NCBI GenBank assembly: GCA_051546255.1
Contig: CP128815.1
Location: 1-64,000, forward strand
DNA length: 64,000 bases
Direction: 5' to 3'
Origin: Meyerozyma guilliermondii
Taxonomy: Eukaryota
This document shows, in pieces, positions 56,953 through 64,000 of this stretch. The position numbers and the translations under genes were made by a program. The notes beneath the pieces are model-generated. The model saw nothing but the letters and a program-made list of their open reading frames with translations. It had not been told where the DNA came from and did no database searches. Positions within the stretch are counted from its first letter, which is position 1. Every line of letters starts with the position of its first letter.

Positions 56953-58539
56953 ATGTTGAGAGCCCGATTCTCGACCCTGCGATCCGTACTCACCAAGGTG
57001 GTCACGCCGCCACCGGTCGTGCCTCCTGTGCTTCCTCCACCTGTAAAGCCTCCAAAAAAGTCATTTTCTTTGCCAAAATTTTTATTCCTGGCAACACTTA
57101 TTGGATCGCTTGCCTATGGTGGAACACTCTATGTGGCCACCAAAAACGAAAAAGTCATGGATTATGTGATTGACTACCAGCCTCCTTTCTACGAGGAAAT
57201 TCTACGCATGATCGAGACCGGGTCGATTGATGAAATCCGGGATGCATGGGACTCGCTTCGGGACCGAATTTCCAACGTTGACTTTCTGTCTTCAAAATCG
57301 AAAATAGACAAGTTTGCCAACGACTTGGAGAATCGTGGTGAGCAATTGATTCAGAAAACCCGTCAACGTTGGGGTCAAGACACTGCTCCTACTCCTCATG
57401 AACAATTGCAGAAACCAGTGGAAACAACCCAAAAACTGCCTGAACTGCTTCCCTTGCTTTCTTACAAGGGTATAAACGAGAGCGTACACGCCACCGTTGC
57501 CTCTTTCAACGAATTGATCAAACTGATCGATATAAGTGGTCCTGGTAGCAATGACTTGGTCAAGGCTATCCAAGACAATGTTGCTAAATTATCGCAAAAA
57601 GTGGACGCATTGACTGCCAGTTTCGACGATGAACTTAAGAAAAACCTCAAGGTGTCGCAAAATGAGCTTTTGTCGTCATATACCAAGAAAGAGTTGGAAT
57701 TGACCGAGAACTTGCTCCACCAATACAATACCGAACGGGCTCAATTGGAAAAGAAATTGAACGCTAGATTGGAGCAAGAGATTGCCAGTGCCAAGGAAGC
57801 CATTTCTCAGGCAGCTGTAAATGCAGTGACCATGGTTCGTATCGAACAAACCAAGAACTTTGAAAAGTTGGTCAAGGACAAAGTGGATGGTGAAAGACTG
57901 GGCCGGTTGGCCAACTTGGATAAGCTCAGCAGCCGTTTAGACGAATTAGAACAATTTGCCGAGTCTTTGGAACAACAGATCGTTGCTAACCACAACCGCA
58001 GCACTATTAACCGGTCATTGGCCGAGTTGAGGTCGCTCATCTCCAGCACCGAGGGAACTACCCCAAAGCTGTTGGCACCATACTTGGGTCAATTGATCGA
58101 GGCAGTACGTCCTATCAACGATGAACTCATTGATGCCACCTTGAAGGAAATTGTTCCTCTTCTCCAGCACGAGTCGTCTCATTCGATTTTGTCCACATCT
58201 CAGCTTCTTGCTCGTTGGGAACTCTTATCACCTGAGCTTCGGTCAGCATCGTTGCTTCCTCCTAATGCTGGTTTGCTCGGACACTTCACCTCGTTCGTCT
58301 TTTCCAAGCTTTTGCTTCCGGTAAAAGGTGCAAAGCCAAACGGTAAAGATATTGAGTCTGTCATTGGCCGGGTAGAAGCCAATCTTGTTAGAAATGAATT
58401 GGACTTGGCAGTGGAAGAGGCTGCAAGTTTGAAAGGATGGCCAAGAAAATTGGCAGACGACTGGGTCGTGGAGGCAAGAAAGAGATTGGAAGCCGAGTTC
58501 TTGTTGGGGCTCATAGAGGGAGAGGTGCGTCTGTTGTAG
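56953..58539 (+). CDS. MIC60: MICOS subunit Mic60 (mitofilin)
   Basis: Arg-rich presequence, one TM, coiled coil, ASLLPPNAGLLGH and LKGW.RKLA.DW..EAR.RLE mitofilin motifs. Confidence 0.92.
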   Translation: MLRARFSTLRSVLTKVVTPPPVVPPVLPPPVKPPKKSFSLPKFLFLATLIGSLAYGGTLYVATKNEKVMDYVIDYQPPFYEEILRMIETGSIDEIRDAWDSLRDRISNVDFLSSKSKIDKFANDLENRGEQLIQKTRQRWGQDTAPTPHEQLQKPVETTQKLPELLPLLSYKGINESVHATVASFNELIKLIDISGPGSNDLVKAIQDNVAKLSQKVDALTASFDDELKKNLKVSQNELLSSYTKKELELTENLLHQYNTERAQLEKKLNARLEQEIASAKEAISQAAVNAVTMVRIEQTKNFEKLVKDKVDGERLGRLANLDKLSSRLDELEQFAESLEQQIVANHNRSTINRSLAELRSLISSTEGTTPKLLAPYLGQLIEAVRPINDELIDATLKEIVPLLQHESSHSILSTSQLLARWELLSPELRSASLLPPNAGLLGHFTSFVFSKLLLPVKGAKPNGKDIESVIGRVEANLVRNELDLAVEEAASLKGWPRKLADDWVVEARKRLEAEFLLGLIEGEVRLL

Positions 58540-58626
58540 ATAATAAAGAGTAAATTATAAGTTGTAACTTCATTTTTCCTGCATCGGGGCCGCACCAAAA
58601 ATTTCACCAATCTGAAAACTATCAAC

Positions 58627-60018
58627 ATGTCTGGATCTGCTGTCCACGGAGGAGATGAAATCAATGCCATAGTGCTTGATCCAGGCTCATACTATACACG
58701 TATCGGGTATGCTGGTGATGATTTTCCAAAGATTACAACCCCATCGTTTTTTGCCATAGGTCCAGATCCCCCTAAAAAAGGTAAACGAACCCGCATTTTT
58801 GGTGAAGCAATTGGCGTTCCCAGAAGCAATTACGAGGTCAAACCCATCATTAAGGACTCGCTTATAGTGGACTGGGACGCTGCTATCGAACAATACAAAT
58901 ACTACTTTGAAGACGTGTTGAAAATCAACTACAAGGAACAACCAATCCTAATTGTTGAACCAGTATGGGCAACCACCGAGTACCGTCAAAAAGTGGTGGA
59001 GGAATTCTTTGCAAACTTTGATTTCCCAGCATTATATTTGGCCAAATCTCCAACATGCATCTCATTTCAGCAGGGCCGTGCCAACTGCTTAGTGGTAGAT
59101 ATTGGCCATGATTCTGTATCTATCACTCCAGTAATAGACGGTATGTCTTTGTTGAGGAACACCACAAAAACACATTACGCGGGAGCATTTTTGAATGCAC
59201 AAATTCAGGATATGTTGAACAAAAAATATCCAAACCTTGACCTCTGCGCAAAGTACCTGGTTCGTGACCGAACCCCAACCAAATACCCCGAGGAAGCCAA
59301 ATACACTCAACGCCAACTTCCAGACAATATCACCGACTCCTTCTATGAATACCAACAGTTGGCGCTTTGGCATGAAATAAAAGAGACCATGTTGGAAGTG
59401 CCTGAGAAAAAGTTGGCATCTGACCGTGAAACATACAAAGACGAAACCCATAAAAGAAGCTTTGAACTTCCTCTGGGTCAACTGATAGAGTTGGGAATTG
59501 AGAGGTTTGAGCTTGCAGACAGTCTTTTTGACCCTAAAAGTTATCCTCTTAGAGATCAAGACAAATTTCCTCCAACAAATGGAGAAGTATCTATTAAAAC
59601 CATGTATGATGATTACCGACCAGTGAAGCGCACGAAGCGTACAGAGTCGTCACAATCAAGTCCTCCACCCGAAGAGGAAGAAGCAGTGACTATTAGAGGA
59701 CTTTCGCAATTGGTGGCTCATACATTGACATCAGTAGATATCGATCTCCGAGCGTCAATGGCCCACAATATTATAATTTCTGGAGGTACCTCGCTCATCA
59801 CTCAATTGACAGAACGCATCCAAGCCGACCTTTCAAACACTAATCCAGGACTTAAAGTGAGATTGCATGCGGTAGGAAGCAGCGCAGAGCGCAGCAGCCA
59901 GTCGTGGATTGGAGGAAGTGTCCTCTCTTCTTTGGGTACATTTCACCAGATGTGGGTCACAAAAGAGGAGTACCAGCAAGCTGGGGCAGAAAAGATCTTG
60001 AACCAGAGATTCAGGTAA
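58627..60018 (+). CDS. ARP4: Actin-related protein Arp4
   Basis: GGDEINAIVLDPGS..TRIGYAG.D.PK and WIGGSVLSSLGTFHQMW, ending RFR. Confidence 0.95.
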   Translation: MSGSAVHGGDEINAIVLDPGSYYTRIGYAGDDFPKITTPSFFAIGPDPPKKGKRTRIFGEAIGVPRSNYEVKPIIKDSLIVDWDAAIEQYKYYFEDVLKINYKEQPILIVEPVWATTEYRQKVVEEFFANFDFPALYLAKSPTCISFQQGRANCLVVDIGHDSVSITPVIDGMSLLRNTTKTHYAGAFLNAQIQDMLNKKYPNLDLCAKYLVRDRTPTKYPEEAKYTQRQLPDNITDSFYEYQQLALWHEIKETMLEVPEKKLASDRETYKDETHKRSFELPLGQLIELGIERFELADSLFDPKSYPLRDQDKFPPTNGEVSIKTMYDDYRPVKRTKRTESSQSSPPPEEEEAVTIRGLSQLVAHTLTSVDIDLRASMAHNIIISGGTSLITQLTERIQADLSNTNPGLKVRLHAVGSSAERSSQSWIGGSVLSSLGTFHQMWVTKEEYQQAGAEKILNQRFR

Positions 60019-60061
60019 AGTGAAGTGAAAGTGAAAAGTGAAAAGTGAAAAGTGAAGTGAG
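60017..60061 (+). repeat. Short imperfect (A)2-4GTG tandem repeat just after ARP4
   Basis: aaagtgaagtgaaagtgaaaagtgaaaagtgaaaagtgaagtgag. Confidence 0.7.
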
Positions 60062-60355
60062 GAAGAATAGACAGAAGTAGAGTACTGTATAACTAAACCA
60101 GAAACTAAGGAAAGATTTTTAATTGAATTGTAGTCTATTATTCTGTAGTCAATTCTTTGCTCAATTCTCTGCTCATTATCTACTCAATTCTTTACTCAAT
60201 TCCCATTGCAGTTCCTGCAATGGTTCTCCCCTCAGCTCTTTGGCTCATCTCCTGCACCCCTCGCGTGGGCGACCCCGAGCCCCACATTTCCTGCAGACAC
60301 TCCGCAGAACCTGCCTTGCTTTCCCCCAACCCCTTTCCACATTTTCTTCATAAAC

Positions 60356-62431
60356 ATGGCAGATAAATCGTCAATTCAAGGAGTTTTGGACCTTGATCCA
60401 TGGTTGGAACCATTCTCGAGCCATCTTGTTGATCGTCAGAACCAATTGCAAAAATGGAAGTCGCAACTTGAGCAGTCGGAAGGTTCCTTGACCAAATTTG
60501 CGTCCTCGTATCAAACTTACGGAGTCCACGCCGACTGGCAAAATAAGAGTATTACGGTAGTGCAGTATATTCCTGATGTCAAGAGTGTTTCTATCGTTGG
60601 AGATTTCAACAATTGGAATCCTGAAGCTCATCAATTGGAACAGGTTAACAATTTTGGACTCTGGAAACTTACAATTGACTCCGTCGATGGTAAATTTGCC
60701 ATTGACCATGACTCTCGCTATAAGATATCCATGGTGTTGCCTAGTGGAGAGCGTATCTATCGTTTGGACCCATGGGTAAAGAGAGCTACCTATAATAAGG
60801 ACACCAACTTGTACGATGGTCGGTTCTGGAATCCAGACCATACGTATACGTTTGAAAACAAACGCCCCGTACCTGAATCGGGTATTCGTGTTTACGAGGC
60901 TCATGTGGGTATCTCGACCCCTAATCCAGAGGTTGGTACCTACAAGAATTTCACCCACAAGGTGTTGCCAATAATTCACAAATTAGGCTACAATACCGTG
61001 CAATTGATGGCCGTTATGGAACATGCATATTACGCTTCGTTTGGTTACCAAGTGACCAGTTTCTTCGCTGCTTCCTCTCGTTTCGGCACTCCAGAAGATT
61101 TAAAGGAATTGATCGATACTGCCCATGGGCTTGGGATTCGAGTACTTTTGGATGTGGTTCATTCGCACAGCTCAAAAAATGTTGACGATGGTCTTAACAT
61201 GTTCAATGGCACCGACCACTACTTGTTTCATGGTGGACCAAAGGGAAACCACGACTTGTGGGACTCACGTCTTTTCAACTATTCCAATCATGAAACCCTT
61301 CGATTCTTATTGTCGAATTTGAAATTTTACTTGGATGTTTACCAATTTGATGGTTTCCGGTTCGATGGTGTCACAAGTATGCTTTACAAACATCATGGCT
61401 TGAGCTTTGGTTTCAGTGGTGACTACAATGAATACTTTAATCCAGAATGGGTCGATAATGATGCTATAATCTACATGATGTTGGCACACACTATGATGGA
61501 AGAGTATAGCACTTCTGGGTTGAAATTCACTTCTATTGCCGAAGATGTTAGTGGAATGCCTGCTCTCTGCGTTCCCATTAGCAAAGGAGGTATTGGGTAT
61601 GACTATAGATTGTCCATGGCTATCCCAGATATGTGGATCAAGATCCTCAAACACTTGTCTGATGAACAGTGGGATTTGGGAAATATTGTCCACACATTGA
61701 CCAACCGTCGTCATGGAGAAAAGTGTATTAGTTACTGTGAGTCTCATGACCAAGCTCTAGTGGGAGATAAGTCGATTGCATTCTGGTTGATGGACAAAGA
61801 AATGTACACCAACATGTCTACACTCACCGAAAACACCCCAGTTATCGACCGTGGAATCGCACTTCACAAGATTATTCGTCTCTTGACATTTAGCTTGGGC
61901 GGTGAAGGGTACCTTAATTTCGAAGGTAATGAGTTTGGACACCCCGAGTGGCTTGATTTTCCTCGAGCCGGTAATAATGAGTCGTATCATTATGCCCGTA
62001 GACAATTCAACTTGATTGAAGACGATTTGTTGAGATACAAGTTTTTGTTCGAGTTTGATGCAGCAATGCAACATCTCGATGAAAAATACGAAATTTTGCA
62101 ATCGCCTCAAGCTTATGTTTCCCTCAAACACGAGGGTGATAAGGTTCTTGTTTTCGAAAGAAATGGTTTATTGTTCATTTTCAATCTTCATCCCACCAAT
62201 TCTTACCCTGATTTTAAGGTTGGAGTCGAGACACCTGGAGTGTACAAGGTTGTTTTGAATTCTGACGATAAACAATTTGGTGGGCATGGACGTATAAGCA
62301 ATGTTGATGCGGAGGGAAACGACTTGCAATTCTTCACCCACAATGAACGCTGGAATGATAGGTCTAATGCTTTATTCACCTACATTCCTTCGAGAACTGC
62401 GCTAGTGCTTCAAATTAAAGAGAAAATTTAA
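60356..62431 (+). CDS. GLC3: 1,4-alpha-glucan (glycogen) branching enzyme
   Basis: [67 protein letters not shown] at 60356. Confidence 0.96.
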   Translation: MADKSSIQGVLDLDPWLEPFSSHLVDRQNQLQKWKSQLEQSEGSLTKFASSYQTYGVHADWQNKSITVVQYIPDVKSVSIVGDFNNWNPEAHQLEQVNNFGLWKLTIDSVDGKFAIDHDSRYKISMVLPSGERIYRLDPWVKRATYNKDTNLYDGRFWNPDHTYTFENKRPVPESGIRVYEAHVGISTPNPEVGTYKNFTHKVLPIIHKLGYNTVQLMAVMEHAYYASFGYQVTSFFAASSRFGTPEDLKELIDTAHGLGIRVLLDVVHSHSSKNVDDGLNMFNGTDHYLFHGGPKGNHDLWDSRLFNYSNHETLRFLLSNLKFYLDVYQFDGFRFDGVTSMLYKHHGLSFGFSGDYNEYFNPEWVDNDAIIYMMLAHTMMEEYSTSGLKFTSIAEDVSGMPALCVPISKGGIGYDYRLSMAIPDMWIKILKHLSDEQWDLGNIVHTLTNRRHGEKCISYCESHDQALVGDKSIAFWLMDKEMYTNMSTLTENTPVIDRGIALHKIIRLLTFSLGGEGYLNFEGNEFGHPEWLDFPRAGNNESYHYARRQFNLIEDDLLRYKFLFEFDAAMQHLDEKYEILQSPQAYVSLKHEGDKVLVFERNGLLFIFNLHPTNSYPDFKVGVETPGVYKVVLNSDDKQFGGHGRISNVDAEGNDLQFFTHNERWNDRSNALFTYIPSRTALVLQIKEKI

Positions 62432-62452
62432 TTCCTAAATAATACACAATAA

Positions 62453-64000
62453 TCACGACTTTTTGTACTGCAAATGGCACACTGCAAGTACCTTATTGAT
62501 AAGATCACCCAATTCTCTCATGTCGTCGGAGTCATCCTTCATGTACTTGGCGGCTTGTCGTATGGCGTGAACATTTACGGGCCATACCAGAACGTCAGAG
62601 TCGTAAGTCTTCAAGATTCCAATAATGTCCTTAGCAAGTTTGTTAGTATAGTCGGGAGTGTAATTACTGATTTGACTGGACAAAACTGGATCATCTGCGA
62701 GTCTCGTTTGCAAAGACTGATGTAAGGCTATTTTGCATAACTTGAAGTTCAAGTTGAAAATAGCAGTACCTTCGGTACCAAAAAATATTACAGGGTACCT
62801 TCTGCTGGAAGATGCTGGTTTGCAAATGATTGGTTTCATAGCCATGGGGACACTAGCTTCAAACTCATTGACACTTTGATTTAATTGGAGCCATTTCTGC
62901 GAGCATTTTTTCGACTCTGTTTCCTCTTTGGTGAGCACCATTGGTTGGAAGAGGAAATCGTGGACACAGCACAGAAGATATATCATTCTGCGAATCCACC
63001 ACACTTCTTCTTCACGAGACATCACCGATTCATCGTCCAGGTTGCCAGGATACGTTGCTGACTCAAACCAGTCAAAATACTCTGGATCCAATGGCCGCCA
63101 GAACGTATCGATAGGATACATGGTGGGCAAGTCATATTTCAATGATAAAACCATATCACTAAGTATCATGGCCCAGAATAACCCTTGGTAGAATGGGGAC
63201 GATTTCAAGAGACTAGGTTTCTGAGCTTGCATATTCTTACGCAAAATCGACGAGAAGATACTTGCTGCACCTTTGATATAGGTAGCGTCTTCAGCCACAA
63301 GGAAGAGTTCGTAGACACATAACATGATGGTACTCAAAAGACAGCGGGCAATGATTCCAGATTCATTGGTTTCAACCCCTGGCATGCTGAGATGGTACCG
63401 AATCAGCTTGATACATTGATGGTAGTAATTAATCGTCACAGACGGATCGACACTATCTGGGTTGATCCTATTGAGGATCATGGAAGCCAAGCAGTAGATG
63501 GAGTCCAGAATCATACGAGTTTCATCAAGGAGAGCCACATGAGGCACCACAAGGCGGAACATGTCACAGGGAAGAAAGATATCGAGACTTTTAGTCAAAT
63601 TGTTGACAAACAAATCGAGCAATTTAGCCTCGAACTTATCCTCCACCTTCAAGTAAAGAATGAATGGTTCCGGGACGTCAATGGCCAATGCGTCTTGAAA
63701 ATGACGGAGCATATCGTCAATCGATGCTTCTCCCACCAGGTGAGGCAGCCTCAGTTTTTTCCATGCCGCTCTGAAATCGCCGGAAAGCTTGTGGATCCGA
63801 GGCTTCGAGTTACGTTTAGTATTTTTCGGCTTGAAAGTGCCGCCTTTGGGTGCTGGTGACGATTCTTGTTTGAGATGCGGCCGACCAAGTGGTTGCGAAA
63901 CCATGGGAGCTCTGACCGGCACCAGATGCTGGCGAGGAGACGATTGTTGCCGAGGATACATGTGCTGCATGTACGGGTAGTAAGGGATCCCTGGATACTG
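62453..64000 (-). CDS. Fungal-specific (Zn2Cys6-type) transcription factor; 5' end lies beyond the window
   Basis: LLD.F...L...LDIF, VVP..AL, YYHQCI..IR, LCVYE pattern of the middle-homology region; the frame stays open to the window edge. Confidence 0.7.
   Translation of the reverse strand, partial: QYPGIPYYPYMQHMYPRQQSSPRQHLVPVRAPMVSQPLGRPHLKQESSPAPKGGTFKPKNTKRNSKPRIHKLSGDFRAAWKKLRLPHLVGEASIDDMLRHFQDALAIDVPEPFILYLKVEDKFEAKLLDLFVNNLTKSLDIFLPCDMFRLVVPHVALLDETRMILDSIYCLASMILNRINPDSVDPSVTINYYHQCIKLIRYHLSMPGVETNESGIIARCLLSTIMLCVYELFLVAEDATYIKGAASIFSSILRKNMQAQKPSLLKSSPFYQGLFWAMILSDMVLSLKYDLPTMYPIDTFWRPLDPEYFDWFESATYPGNLDDESVMSREEEVWWIRRMIYLLCCVHDFLFQPMVLTKEETESKKCSQKWLQLNQSVNEFEASVPMAMKPIICKPASSSRRYPVIFFGTEGTAIFNLNFKLCKIALHQSLQTRLADDPVLSSQISNYTPDYTNKLAKDIIGILKTYDSDVLVWPVNVHAIRQAAKYMKDDSDDMRELGDLINKVLAVCHLQYKKS

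Overview
This is the left end of a budding-yeast chromosome. It starts with about 49 copies of the 8-bp telomere repeat CACCAGTA (G-strand ACTGGTGT, the repeat I recall for Candida/Meyerozyma guilliermondii). About 52 kb of subtelomeric accessory genes follow, then conserved core genes (YNG1-like, UTP15, AIP1, MIC60, ARP4, GLC3). CTG codons sit at positions that are Ser in homologues, so this is a CUG-Ser clade yeast and the supplied translations misread CTG as Leu. Three candidate systems stand out. (1) A compact four-gene cluster at 12.2-20.6 kb encodes a DUF2264/GH154-like protein, a BNR_4/PL42(GH145)-like beta-propeller, a GH2 beta-galactosidase and a LAC12-type transporter, with a shared (A/T)4-5GGTGGGGG promoter motif. 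It looks like a yeast import-then-degrade locus for arabinogalactan-protein (Rha-GlcA-Gal) side chains. (2) A two-module modified-amino-acid cluster at 27.6-40.6 kb has a Zn2Cys6 factor + fructosyl-amine oxidase + ATG22-like transporter, then a Zn2Cys6 factor + D-amino-acid oxidase + ATG22-like transporter + ketopantoate-reductase-like gene, partly built by segmental duplication. (3) A tandemly duplicated divergent pair of an atypical Yap-like bZIP and an SDR has promoters carrying arrays of the palindrome TGTGAWTCACA beside a Yap site. Also present are a bacterial-looking CxxC flavoprotein reductase, a CalB-type lipase, a phenolic acid decarboxylase with a promoter minisatellite, an internal telomere-like 14-mer, and several disrupted genes. 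All family assignments come from motif recognition; no database searches were run.
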